A DNA stretch of 64,000 nt from Actinomycetota bacterium (lineage in GTDB: Bacteria > Actinomycetota > Thermoleophilia > RBG-16-64-13), in the NCBI GenBank assembly GCA_016278725.1, contig JADQBG010000001.1:5414-69413 (forward strand), read 5' to 3'. This document shows positions 9,071 through 19,543 of the stretch, one piece after another. How positions within the stretch are numbered: the stretch's first letter is position 1; each line of letters starts with the position of its first letter. The notes beneath the pieces were generated by a model. That model worked only from the letters and a program-made list of their open reading frames with translations, was not told the DNA's origin and did not search any database. A program made the position numbers and the translations under genes.

Positions 9071-9651
9071 GCCCTCTCATTCCCATGGTGGTCGAACAGA
9101 CCAGCCGAGGCGAACGGGCCTTCGATATCTACTCCCGGCTTCTCAACGAGCGGATCATCTTCTTGGGCACCCCGGTCAACGACCAAATCGCGAACGTGAT
9201 CGTCGCTCAGATGCTCCATCTGGAGTCGGAAGACCCGGACAAAGACATCGCGCTCTACATCAACAGCCCGGGCGGCAACGTCTACGCCGGGCTGGCGATC
9301 TACGACACCATGCAGTTCATCAAGCCTCAGGTCTCCACGATCTGCATGGGCATCGCCATGTCCATGGGCGCCCTTCTGCTTGCGGGCGGAGTCGAAGGAA
9401 AGCGCTATGCGCTACCGAATTCAAAAGTGTTGATCCATCAGCTTTCCGGCGGATTCCAGGGACCGGCGGCCGATATCGAGATCCACGCTCGCGAGGCCCT
9501 CAACCTGCGCAGGCGTTTGGACGAGATATTGGCTAAACACACCGGCCAACCTCTGGAAAAAGTGGAAAACGACACGGATCGCGACTTCTTCATGTCCTCG
9601 GCAGAGGCGAAGGAGTACGGGATCATCGACAAGGTCATCGAGCACCGCTAG
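9067..9651 (+). CDS. clpP: ATP-dependent Clp protease proteolytic subunit
   Basis: '[19 protein letters not shown]' and the catalytic Ser/His context. TTG start overlapping the tig stop (TTGA). Confidence 0.9.
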   Translation: MSPLIPMVVEQTSRGERAFDIYSRLLNERIIFLGTPVNDQIANVIVAQMLHLESEDPDKDIALYINSPGGNVYAGLAIYDTMQFIKPQVSTICMGIAMSMGALLLAGGVEGKRYALPNSKVLIHQLSGGFQGPAADIEIHAREALNLRRRLDEILAKHTGQPLEKVENDTDRDFFMSSAEAKEYGIIDKVIEHR

Positions 9652-9668
9652 TTGAGGGGGACCGAGTA

Positions 9669-10940
<1,272 letters not shown>

Positions 10941-10946
10941 GCGGGA

Positions 10947-13436
10947 GTGACCGTGGCCGACAACGAGCGGTCGCTGCCGCTCCTCGCGGCACGCGATCTC
11001 ATTCTCTTCCCCAAAATGCTCATCCCCGTCTTCGTGGGACGGGAGAAGTCCGTGCGCGCCCTGGAACGGGCGCATCAGGCCGGGTCCTCGCTGATTCTCG
11101 CCACTCAGCTGACCTCGGTCGAGGAGCCGGGCCAGACGGACATCGCCTCGGTCGGCACTCTGGCCAAGGTGGTCCAGTTCTTCCGATTGTCGGACGGCAC
11201 GGTCAAGGCATTGCTCGAAGGACAGGGCCGCGTGGCCATCGAGGGTCTCTCGATGAGCGAACCCCACCTGGAGGCCAACTACCGGCCGCTCGAGATGCGC
11301 CGCGCCCGCAATTGGTCGCGGGTGCGCGCGTTGATGGAGGCGGTCAGCCGCGAGTTCCACGTCTACGTCACCCAGTCGCCGGAACTGCCTGAGGAAGCCG
11401 AGACCATTCTCGAAGACGTCTCGGACCCGGGCGACTTGGTGGACATCGTTGCCGCCAACCTCCTGATTGCCGCGGACCGCAAGCAGTCGCTGCTGGAGGG
11501 TGAGGACCCCGAGGAGCGGTTGATGACCTCCCTCGAGGTGCTGATGCAGGAGAACGAACTCCTCGCCATCGAGCACGACATCGCCGACCGGGTCCACGAC
11601 AACCTCGAGCGTCACCAGCGCAAGCTCTTTCTGCGCGAGCGCATCCGGCTGATGCAGGAAGAGCTGGGCGAAGAAGAGGGGGAGGAAGGGGAGCAGGGGC
11701 GCTACTTGAAGCAGCTCGAGCAGAAGCCCAATCTCTCCGCCGCCGCACGCACCACCCTCGAGAAGGAGATCCGCCGGCTGGAGGACATGCCCCCGTTTTC
11801 GGCGGAGATCGGCGTGGCCCAGACCTACCTGGACAACGTCTTCGCGCTTCCCTGGGGGGAGATGTCGGGGGCGGAGGCTCCGAACGTGGCCCACGTGGCC
11901 AAGGTGCTGGACGATACCCACTACGGGCTTTCCGACGTCAAAGACCGGATCGTGGAGTATCTGGCGGTTGCGCAACTCCGGCAGGGAATTCCCCCCAAGA
12001 CGGTGCTCTGCTTCGTGGGTCCGCCGGGGGTGGGAAAGACCTCGATCTCTCTGGCGATAGCCGAAGGCCTGCGCCGGCCGCTCCAGCGCATCAGCCTGGG
12101 GGGTGTGCGGGACGAGGCCGAGATTCGCGGCCACCGGCGAACCTACGTCGGGGCCATGCCCGGCCGCATCCTGGACGCCCTAAAGCGGGCGGCCGTCGAC
12201 GACCCCGTTATATTGCTGGACGAACTGGACAAGATGGAGTCCGATTGGCGGGGGAACCCGGCCGCCGCCCTGATGGAGGTCCTGGATCCCGTCCAGAATC
12301 ACGCCTTCCGCGACACTTATCTGGATCTGGAGTACGACCTCTCCCACGTGCTCTTCCTGGCCACGGCCAACTACGAAGAGGACATTCCCGAGACGCTGCA
12401 CGACCGCTTGGAGATCATCCGCATCTCGGGTTACACCTCCCGGGAGAAGGAGCAGATCGCCCGGCGGCACCTGGTGCCCAAGACCGCCGAAGAAAGCGGC
12501 ATGACCGAGGTGGGGGACGTGTTCACCCGTCAGGCCCTGCGCGATCTGATCGAGGATTACACCCGCGAGCCGGGGGTGCGGGAGCTCAACCGGCTGGCGG
12601 GGAAGGTCTACCGCAAGCTGGCGCGGGACCGCGTGGAGGGCAAGAACCGGGCGCACACCCGCATCGGCCCGGGGGACCTCGAACGCTACCTGGGTGCACC
12701 GCCCTATCTGCGGGTCCGCCTGGCCGAGGAGTTGGGGTGGGGGGTGAGCACCGGTCTGGCTTACACCGGCGCGGGCGGGGATATCCTGAGGATCGAGACG
12801 GCGATCACCCCCGGTAAGGGCGACTTTCACATCACCGGTCAGCTGGGCGAGGTCATGCAGGAGAGCGTCACCGCGGCGTGGGGTTATCTCAAGACGGCGA
12901 TCGGCCGGGACGAAACCCTGACCGACATTTGGCGCCGGTCGCCCGGACGCGCCCGCCTGCTCGAGCAGTACTTGTCCGAGCAGCCCGTCGCTACTGCCGG
13001 TGAGGAGACCGGGAGCGATGACGGCAACGGCGCCGCCGAGCCGGCCTGTGCGCCGGCGGTCCCCCCGGATTACGAGTTGCTCGCGGCGCTCGAGATCAGG
13101 CTGCACCTGCCCGAGGGGGCGGTGCCCAAGGAGGGCCCTTCGGCCGGTATCGCGGTGGCGGCCTCGCTGCTCTCGGCGCTCACCGAGACTCCGCTCTTGC
13201 CCAGGGTGGCGCTCTCGGGCGAGATCACGCTGACCGGCCACGTGCTCGCCGTGGGAGGCCTCAAAGAGAAGCTGCTGGCCGCCCGGCGGGAAGGCGTGCG
13301 CAAGGTGATCCTGCCGGAAGATGTCAAAGGGCAGGTCAGAGAACTGCCCGTGGAGATCAGGAAAGGGCTCGAGATCGTGTACGTGCGGACCTTTATCGAA
13401 GTGCTCCCGCAGATCTTCCCGCAAGAGAGGAGCTGA
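10947..13436 (+). CDS. lon: Lon protease (LonA), with a roughly 50-aa low-complexity insertion in the protease domain
   Basis: N-terminal domain, Walker A 'GPPGVGKTS', and protease motif 'PKEGPSAGIA'. The insertion is at 12900-13090. Confidence 0.9.
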   Translation: MTVADNERSLPLLAARDLILFPKMLIPVFVGREKSVRALERAHQAGSSLILATQLTSVEEPGQTDIASVGTLAKVVQFFRLSDGTVKALLEGQGRVAIEGLSMSEPHLEANYRPLEMRRARNWSRVRALMEAVSREFHVYVTQSPELPEEAETILEDVSDPGDLVDIVAANLLIAADRKQSLLEGEDPEERLMTSLEVLMQENELLAIEHDIADRVHDNLERHQRKLFLRERIRLMQEELGEEEGEEGEQGRYLKQLEQKPNLSAAARTTLEKEIRRLEDMPPFSAEIGVAQTYLDNVFALPWGEMSGAEAPNVAHVAKVLDDTHYGLSDVKDRIVEYLAVAQLRQGIPPKTVLCFVGPPGVGKTSISLAIAEGLRRPLQRISLGGVRDEAEIRGHRRTYVGAMPGRILDALKRAAVDDPVILLDELDKMESDWRGNPAAALMEVLDPVQNHAFRDTYLDLEYDLSHVLFLATANYEEDIPETLHDRLEIIRISGYTSREKEQIARRHLVPKTAEESGMTEVGDVFTRQALRDLIEDYTREPGVRELNRLAGKVYRKLARDRVEGKNRAHTRIGPGDLERYLGAPPYLRVRLAEELGWGVSTGLAYTGAGGDILRIETAITPGKGDFHITGQLGEVMQESVTAAWGYLKTAIGRDETLTDIWRRSPGRARLLEQYLSEQPVATAGEETGSDDGNGAAEPACAPAVPPDYELLAALEIRLHLPEGAVPKEGPSAGIAVAASLLSALTETPLLPRVALSGEITLTGHVLAVGGLKEKLLAARREGVRKVILPEDVKGQVRELPVEIRKGLEIVYVRTFIEVLPQIFPQERS

Positions 13437-13441
13437 GGGTT

Positions 13442-16108
13442 TTGAGCAAGAGCAATATGGAGTCACGCTACGATCCCCATGAGGTCGAGGAGCGGCTGAT
13501 GGGGGAGTGGCTGGAGAAATCCGCCTTCCACGCCGAGGTCGACCCCGCGCGTCCCGCCTATTCCATGGTGATCCCGCCGCCGAACGTGACCGGGTCGCTC
13601 CACATGGGCCACGCCCTGAACGGGACCATTCAGGACATCCTCATCCGTTACCACCGGCTGAAGGGCGAGAACTCTGAGTGGCTGGTGGGCACCGACCACG
13701 CCGGCATTGCCACTCAGGCCAAGGTGGAAGCGCAGTTGCGCGAGGAGGGCCTGCGCAAGGACGACGTGGGCCGGGAGGGGTTCATCGAGCGGGTCTGGGA
13801 CTGGAGGGAGAAGTACGGCTCCACCATCATCCATCAGCTGAAGAGCCTGGGCTGCTCCTGCGACTATGAGCGCGAGCGCTTCACCATGGATCCGGAGTAC
13901 CACGACGCCGTGCTCGAGGTGTTCGTCGACCTCTACGATAAGGGCGATATCTACCGAGACCTCTATCTGGTCAACTGGTGTCCCCGCTGCGGCTCGGCCA
14001 TCTCGGATCTGGAGGTGGAGCACGTCGAGCGCACCACCCAGCTGACCTACATCCGCTATCCCATAGAGGGTACCGAGGAGCACCTGACCGTGGCCACGAC
14101 CCGGCCGGAGACCATGCTGGCCGACACCGCGGTGGCGGTGAATCCCCGGGACCCGCGCTACGGCAGGTACGTCGGGGGAACCGCCATCGTTCCCCTGGTC
14201 GAGCGGCCGGTGCCCATCATTGCCGACGAGCACGTCGACCCGGAGTTCGGCACCGGCGCGCTGAAGATCACCCCCGGCCACGATCCCAACGATTGGGAGA
14301 TTGCCCAACGGCACCAACTCCCCGCCCTGTCGGTGATCGGTTTCGACGGAAAGATGAACGAGCAGGCGGGCGAGTTCGCCGGCCTCTCCGCCACCGACGC
14401 GCGGAAGCGGGTGGTGGCGGCGCTCGAAGAGCGCGGGCTGTTCGATCATTCCGAGGATTACAAGCATTCGGTGGGCACGTGTTACCGCTGCGGCAGCGTG
14501 ATCGAGCCGCTCCTCAGCCTGCAGTGGTTCATGAGGATGGACCGTCTGGCCAAACCGGCGATCGAGGCGGTGGAGTCGGGCCGGGTGCGCTTCGTGCCCG
14601 AGCGCTGGGGCGACGTCTACCTGGAGTGGATGCGCAACATCCGCCCCTGGTGCGTGAGCCGGCAGCTCTGGTGGGGTCACCGCATGCCCGTTTACTACTG
14701 CGATGACTGCGATGAGGTGGTGGTCAGCAAGGAAGCGCCGGCGGCCTGCCCGAAGTGCGGGGGAACCGTGAGACAGGATCCGGACGTGCTGGACACCTGG
14801 TTCAGCTCGGCGCTCTGGCCCTTTGCCCCCTTTGGCTGGCCGGAGAAGAGCCCCGAACTCGAGTACTTTTACCCCACCGACGTGCTGTCCACCGCGCGGG
14901 ACATCATCTACCTCTGGGTGGCCCGCATGATCATGATGGGCCTCGAATACATGGGGGAGGTGCCCTTCCGCGACGTCATCATCCACCCCACCATCCTGGC
15001 CGAGGACGGGCGGCGGATGAGCAAGAGCCTGGGCACGGGTATCGATCCGCTCGAGCTTATCGAGCAGTACGGCGCGGATGCCACCCGCTACGGCCTGGTC
15101 TACATGAGTTCGGTGCAGGACGTTCGCTTCAGCCCCGAACGGATCGAGATGGGGCGGAACTTCGCCAACAAGATCTGGAACGCCTCGCGCTTGGTCTTGC
15201 AGAACGCGGACCCCGAGGCCGCGGCCGAGGTCACCCTGGCCACGCCGGCCGACCGCTGGATCTTCAGCCGGCTGGCGGCGGTCGCGGACGAAGCCGCCGC
15301 GCTCTACGAGAGCTACGACTTTGCCGAGGTGGCGCGGGTCTTCTACCGCTTCCTCTGGAGTGAAGTCTTCGACTGGTACCTGGAGATCGCGAAGGCCCGG
15401 CTCTACGGCGATGACGCCCGGGCCCGGCGCGAGGTGAGCGGCAACCTGCTGGTGCTGCTCGAATCCTTTTCCGGACTGCTCCACCCGGTGATGCCCTTCC
15501 TGACTCAAGAGATCTGGCAGAACCTGCCTCAGGTGCGCGCGGGCAAGAGGCCAAAGGACATCCTCGAGTCGAGCTGGCCCCAGTCCAGGCCGGAGCGGCG
15601 CGACGCCGAGGCGGAGCGGGGGATGGAGGCTTTCGTGCAGCTGGTGAGCGGGCTCCGCTCTGCGCGCGACGAACTGGGAGTCGGCCGCGAGGTGGCCGGC
15701 CGGGTCGTGTTGGTGGGAACGGATCAGGCGGCGCTCGAAGCGATCCGGGTAAACGAAGCTTCGTTCAGGCAGCTCAGCGGTTGCGAACTGGACGGCGGCG
15801 TGGCCTCCATGGAGCAGGCTCCCGAGGGCCGCTACGCGAGCGTCGAAGCCGGCCCGTTGGTCGGGCTGATGCACCTCGAGGGCATGGTGGACGTGGAGCG
15901 CGAACGCGAGCGCCTGCTGACCAAGGCCCGCAAGGCAAAGGCCGAGGCCGATAAGGCCGGCAAGAAGCTGTCCAATCAGGGGTTCGTGGCCAAAGCCCCC
16001 GCCGAAGTGATCGAGACCGAGCGTGAGCGCCTGGCCCAGGCCGAAAACATTATGAGTACGGTGCGGCGGCAGTACCGCGAACGCGTAGGAGAGGAACTCG
16101 AGCTGTGA
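13442..16108 (+). CDS. valS: Valine--tRNA ligase
   Basis: HIGH-type motif 'PPNVTGSLHMGHA', 'KMSKS', and a C-terminal coiled coil. TTG start 9 nt after an AGAGAGGAG ribosome-binding site. Confidence 0.9.
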   Translation: MSKSNMESRYDPHEVEERLMGEWLEKSAFHAEVDPARPAYSMVIPPPNVTGSLHMGHALNGTIQDILIRYHRLKGENSEWLVGTDHAGIATQAKVEAQLREEGLRKDDVGREGFIERVWDWREKYGSTIIHQLKSLGCSCDYERERFTMDPEYHDAVLEVFVDLYDKGDIYRDLYLVNWCPRCGSAISDLEVEHVERTTQLTYIRYPIEGTEEHLTVATTRPETMLADTAVAVNPRDPRYGRYVGGTAIVPLVERPVPIIADEHVDPEFGTGALKITPGHDPNDWEIAQRHQLPALSVIGFDGKMNEQAGEFAGLSATDARKRVVAALEERGLFDHSEDYKHSVGTCYRCGSVIEPLLSLQWFMRMDRLAKPAIEAVESGRVRFVPERWGDVYLEWMRNIRPWCVSRQLWWGHRMPVYYCDDCDEVVVSKEAPAACPKCGGTVRQDPDVLDTWFSSALWPFAPFGWPEKSPELEYFYPTDVLSTARDIIYLWVARMIMMGLEYMGEVPFRDVIIHPTILAEDGRRMSKSLGTGIDPLELIEQYGADATRYGLVYMSSVQDVRFSPERIEMGRNFANKIWNASRLVLQNADPEAAAEVTLATPADRWIFSRLAAVADEAAALYESYDFAEVARVFYRFLWSEVFDWYLEIAKARLYGDDARARREVSGNLLVLLESFSGLLHPVMPFLTQEIWQNLPQVRAGKRPKDILESSWPQSRPERRDAEAERGMEAFVQLVSGLRSARDELGVGREVAGRVVLVGTDQAALEAIRVNEASFRQLSGCELDGGVASMEQAPEGRYASVEAGPLVGLMHLEGMVDVERERERLLTKARKAKAEADKAGKKLSNQGFVAKAPAEVIETERERLAQAENIMSTVRRQYRERVGEELEL

Positions 16109-17418
16109 GTGCCAAGAAAGCGCTTCCCACCCCGGAGCAGGCCCGGGACTACGTCAAGAGCCTGGAGATGTTCGGGATGCGGCTGGGCCTGGACCGCGTG
16201 CGCCTGCTCGCCAAGGAACTGCGCAATCCGCAAAACGCCTACCGCACGATCCACGTGGTGGGCACCAACGGCAAGTCCTCGACCACGCGGTTTGCCTCCG
16301 CCATCCTGCAGGAGTACGGGCTAACCGTCGGCAGCTACGTGAGTCCCCACCTGCTCAGCCTGGCCGAACGGCAACTGATCAACGGTAAGGCCTGCACCGA
16401 GGAGGAGTTCTACGGGTTGGTCGCCGAAGTCATGCCCGCGGCCGAGAAGGTCAACAAGAAACTGCCCGACGGCGAGGTCCTGACGCAATTCGAAGTGCTG
16501 ACCGTGGTGGCCTTCCTCTTCTTCCAGCGGCACGAGGTCGAGGTGGCCGTGATCGAGGCCGGCCTGGGCGGGCGCTGGGACGCCACCAGCATCATCGATT
16601 CCGAGGTGCAGGTGGTTACCACAATCGGCCGGGAGCACGCCGAGGTGCTGGGAGAGACCCTCCTCGCCATTCTCGAAGAAAAAGCGGCGGTCATACCCGA
16701 GGGCGGCAGGGTGATGGCCGGCCGCCTCGAACCTCAGGTGCGGCAGAGGCTCAGGGAGATTTGCGAGGAGCGCAACGCCGAGTGCCGTTTTCTCGACCGC
16801 CAGATCTCGCTGCTTTTGGATAACCGGCAGGACAGCTTCGACATTTTCGGGGCGCAGGAGCTCTACTCGGGGATCCAGCTGTCCGCGCTCGGCGACTACC
16901 AGAAGACCAACGCCGCCGTGGCGGTGGGCGCGGTCGAGCTCTTCCTGGGCGAGGCCCTCGACGAGGAGAAGGTGCGGCGCGCCCTGAAGCGCACGACAAT
17001 TCCCGGGAGACTCGAGGTCATCAGCGAGCACCCGCTCTGCATTCTCGACGGCGCCCACAATCCCGAAGGCATGAACGAACTGATGCGCTCCTTGGACCGG
17101 CTGCTCGAGCGCCGGCGCCTGCTCGGGGTGGTTTCCATTCTCAAAGACAAGGGCGCCTTGGAGATGCTCAAGGACCTGGCTCCCCGCTGCGACATCCTCT
17201 TCGTTACCGAAAACACGAATCCCCGTTCATATAAGGCGCAGGAACTCGCGAAGATCATGGAGGAGCTCGAGGACGCTCCCGAGGTCTTCGTCGACACCGT
17301 GCCGGCGTCGGCCTTCAAGAGCGCCTACGATCTGGCCACCTCCAACCAGGTGGTGCTGGTCACGGGTTCGCTCTACCTGGTCGCCGACCTGAAGGCCGCC
17401 TTGGGGCAGGGGATCTGA
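16105..17418 (+). CDS. folC: Bifunctional folylpolyglutamate synthase / dihydrofolate synthase
   Basis: Mur-ligase-type P-loop 'HVVGTNGKSST'. GTG start overlapping the valS stop. Confidence 0.85.
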   Translation: MSAKKALPTPEQARDYVKSLEMFGMRLGLDRVRLLAKELRNPQNAYRTIHVVGTNGKSSTTRFASAILQEYGLTVGSYVSPHLLSLAERQLINGKACTEEEFYGLVAEVMPAAEKVNKKLPDGEVLTQFEVLTVVAFLFFQRHEVEVAVIEAGLGGRWDATSIIDSEVQVVTTIGREHAEVLGETLLAILEEKAAVIPEGGRVMAGRLEPQVRQRLREICEERNAECRFLDRQISLLLDNRQDSFDIFGAQELYSGIQLSALGDYQKTNAAVAVGAVELFLGEALDEEKVRRALKRTTIPGRLEVISEHPLCILDGAHNPEGMNELMRSLDRLLERRRLLGVVSILKDKGALEMLKDLAPRCDILFVTENTNPRSYKAQELAKIMEELEDAPEVFVDTVPASAFKSAYDLATSNQVVLVTGSLYLVADLKAALGQGI

Positions 17419-17432
17419 GGAGCGTAGCGAAC

Positions 17433-17552
17433 GTGTCCGGGAGGAGGAGCGGCGGGAGCCGGGACGTGGTGCTCTTCACGCTCGCGGTTTTGCTCGTAAT
17501 CGTCGTGGTATTCTTCCTCGCTGGATACCTACTCGGCAGGACGATCCTGTAG
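17433..17552 (+). CDS. Putative small membrane protein (39 aa: VSGRRSGGSRD + TM helix VVLFTLAVLLVIVVVFFLAGYLL + GRTIL)
   Basis: Not in the supplied ORF track because it is below the length cutoff. GTG start 9 nt after GAGGAG. About 85% G/C at third codon positions. The stop codon TAG lies within the AGGAG ribosome-binding site of the next gene. Confidence 0.45.
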   Translation: MSGRRSGGSRDVVLFTLAVLLVIVVVFFLAGYLLGRTIL

Positions 17553-17561
17553 GAGCCGGAT

Positions 17562-18098
17562 TTGGATAACTTGTTCGAATCTATCAACAATATCTTGCAG
17601 TCGCCCCTGCTGCGGCTGGCCTGGTATCTGCTGTTGTTCTCGGTCGCGGTTCTTTGGCTGGCGCTGGTTTTTTGGACCCTGAAGGACGCCCGCCGGCGGA
17701 TCGACGACGCCCTGATCATCGTGGTTGCGGTGCTGACCTCGCTGGTGTTTCCCTTCATCGGGACTCTGGTCTACACCATCCTGCGCCCCGCGGAATACCT
17801 GGACGACATCCGGGAGCGCGAACTCGAGATGCGGGCCATGGAGCAGGAGTTGATGTCCACTCAGCTTTGCCCAAACTGCCGGACGCTCGTGCGTGACGAC
17901 TACATCGTCTGCCCCCGCTGCCGCAAGCAGCTGCGCTCGACCTGCGTGTCCTGCGAAAGGCCCCTGGAGCGCAGCTGGCGGGTATGTCCCTATTGCGGGG
18001 AGGAGACCGATCAACAGGTCTCTCGGCCGGAAGCCCCAGCTTTGGAAGAGACCGCCGAGCCTTTTCAGCGGGAAGCTCTGGGCCGGTCGCGGGCGTAG
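17562..18098 (+). CDS. Membrane protein with a PLDc_N-like two-helix N-terminal domain and C-terminal double zinc ribbons
   Basis: 'LWLALVFWTLKDARRR...FPFIGTLVYTILRP', then CPNC..CPRC and CVSC..CPYC. TTG start. Confidence 0.6.
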   Translation: MDNLFESINNILQSPLLRLAWYLLLFSVAVLWLALVFWTLKDARRRIDDALIIVVAVLTSLVFPFIGTLVYTILRPAEYLDDIRERELEMRAMEQELMSTQLCPNCRTLVRDDYIVCPRCRKQLRSTCVSCERPLERSWRVCPYCGEETDQQVSRPEAPALEETAEPFQREALGRSRA

Positions 18099-18125
18099 TT
18101 TTCGTAGAACGCAAGTGAGCCTTGG

Positions 18126-18152
18126 CGGCGGCCCTCGAGCCGCCGTCTTTTT
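18126..18152 (+). terminator. Intrinsic terminator (CGGCGGC-CCTCGA-GCCGCCG-TCTTTTT)
   Basis: 7-bp GC stem followed by a U-run. It sits between the zinc-ribbon gene and ndk. Confidence 0.6.
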
Positions 18153-18187
18153 GCAGTCGATAGACCCCTGTAACGGAGGAATTCAAA

Positions 18188-18607
18188 ATGGCACAGGAAC
18201 GCACGCTGGTTTTCGTGAAGCCCAATGGGGTGGAGCGCGGCCTAATCGGCGAGATCGTGGCGCGGTTCGAGCGCCGCGGCCTCAAATTGCGCGCGGCCAA
18301 GCTCGAGCAGGTTAGCCGGGAACTGGCCGAGGAGCATTACGCCGAGCACAAAGGCAAAGGCTTCTTCGACGGGCTGGTTGACTTCATCACCTCGGGCCCC
18401 ATCTTCCTCATGGTGCTGGAAGGCCCCTCGGTGGTGAAGGTCGCCCGGGACATGATGGGCGCCACCAACCCTCTGGAAGCCGGGCCGGGGACCATCCGCG
18501 GGGATTTTGCCCTCGATATCGGCGAGAACGTGGTGCACGGCTCGGACAGCGTGGAGAGCGCAGAGCGCGAGATCGGTCTCTACTTCGACGAGTCGGAGCT
18601 GGTCTAG
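18188..18607 (+). CDS. ndk: Nucleoside diphosphate kinase
   Basis: '[25 protein letters not shown]' and the active-site 'NVVHGSDS'. Confidence 0.9.
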   Translation: MAQERTLVFVKPNGVERGLIGEIVARFERRGLKLRAAKLEQVSRELAEEHYAEHKGKGFFDGLVDFITSGPIFLMVLEGPSVVKVARDMMGATNPLEAGPGTIRGDFALDIGENVVHGSDSVESAEREIGLYFDESELV

Positions 18608-18630
18608 GCATTCCGCCGCGGGAGCTCACG

Positions 18631-19341
18631 CTGTTTCCCCAGGATTTCCGGCTGTTTCTCGCCTCGCAGTCCCCGCGGCGGCGCGAACTGCTGCGCGCCG
18701 CCGGGATCCCCTTCGAGGTGGTCGCGGCCGAGGCCGAGGAACTCCTCGAGGGGATGGCTCCTGAGGAGCTCGCGATCGAGAACGCCAGGCGCAAGTGCCG
18801 CGCGGCCCGCCTGCCGCGGGCGCAAGGTCCGAGCTTTGTTCTGGCCACCGACACCGTGGTGGTCGTGGAGGAGGAGGTCCTGGGCAAACCGGCCGGCGCT
18901 GATGAGGCGGCAGCCATGCTCCGCCGGCTGTCGGGCCGCGAGCACCAGGTGATCTCCGGAGTGGCGCTGTCGCGGAGGGCAGAGGCGGCGGCGGGCACTC
19001 CGTGCGCCGCCGCCGCCGAGCAGTCGCGCGAGGCCTGCGCGGAGGGCGCCGGCCTCTCCGTCCCGGGCTCCGCTTCGCTCAGCGTGGCCGAGGCCGCCCG
19101 CACCCGGGTGACCTTTGCCCGGCTGAGCGAGCCCTGGATCGAAGCCTACCTGGACTCCGGCGAATGGCAGGGCAAAGCGGGCGCCTACGCCATCCAAGGA
19201 AGGGCCGGGCTCTTCGTGGAGGGGATCGCGGGCGAGTACAGCAACGTAGTCGGGCTGCCCATGCGGCTGCTCGCCAAGCTCTTTGCGGATGTGGGCTTTG
19301 ACCTCATGGCCCGAAGGTGGATTTCTCCGCCCGAGGTTTAG
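18631..19341 (+). CDS. maf: Maf-family nucleoside triphosphate pyrophosphatase (septum formation protein Maf). The start codon is non-canonical or unresolved.
   Basis: The conserved N-terminal motif 'LFLASQSPRRRELL' lies upstream of the first ATG/GTG/TTG, which is at 18718. The only in-frame candidate starts between the ndk stop and that motif are CTG at 18631, CTG at 18652 and ATT at 18610. The C-terminus carries 'KAGAYAIQG'. There is a roughly 30-aa Ala-rich insertion. Confidence 0.7.
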   Translation: MFPQDFRLFLASQSPRRRELLRAAGIPFEVVAAEAEELLEGMAPEELAIENARRKCRAARLPRAQGPSFVLATDTVVVVEEEVLGKPAGADEAAAMLRRLSGREHQVISGVALSRRAEAAAGTPCAAAAEQSREACAEGAGLSVPGSASLSVAEAARTRVTFARLSEPWIEAYLDSGEWQGKAGAYAIQGRAGLFVEGIAGEYSNVVGLPMRLLAKLFADVGFDLMARRWISPPEV

Positions 19342-19400
19342 AAATTCCGGCCGAGCAGCACGGATCGCCCTGCCCTACTGGTCATCGCTATGCAACGGGG

Positions 19401-19406
19401 TATAAT
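19401..19406 (+). promoter_or_regulatory. Putative -10 element (TATAAT in GGGGTATAATCGGG) upstream of mreB
   Basis: Canonical hexamer in an otherwise GC-rich spacer. The direct repeat 'ttattgagat' x2 follows at 19458-19479. Confidence 0.3.
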
Positions 19407-19543
19407 CGGGCTTCGACCGACGGTCTGCGGGCGCGTAGCCCGTTGCGCCGACCTCTTTATTGAGATTTTATTGAGATCACTCTACTCGGAGGACGATACA
19501 TATCGGCTTTCTGAGCTTCATAACCGGTTTCGCCGGAAGGGAC

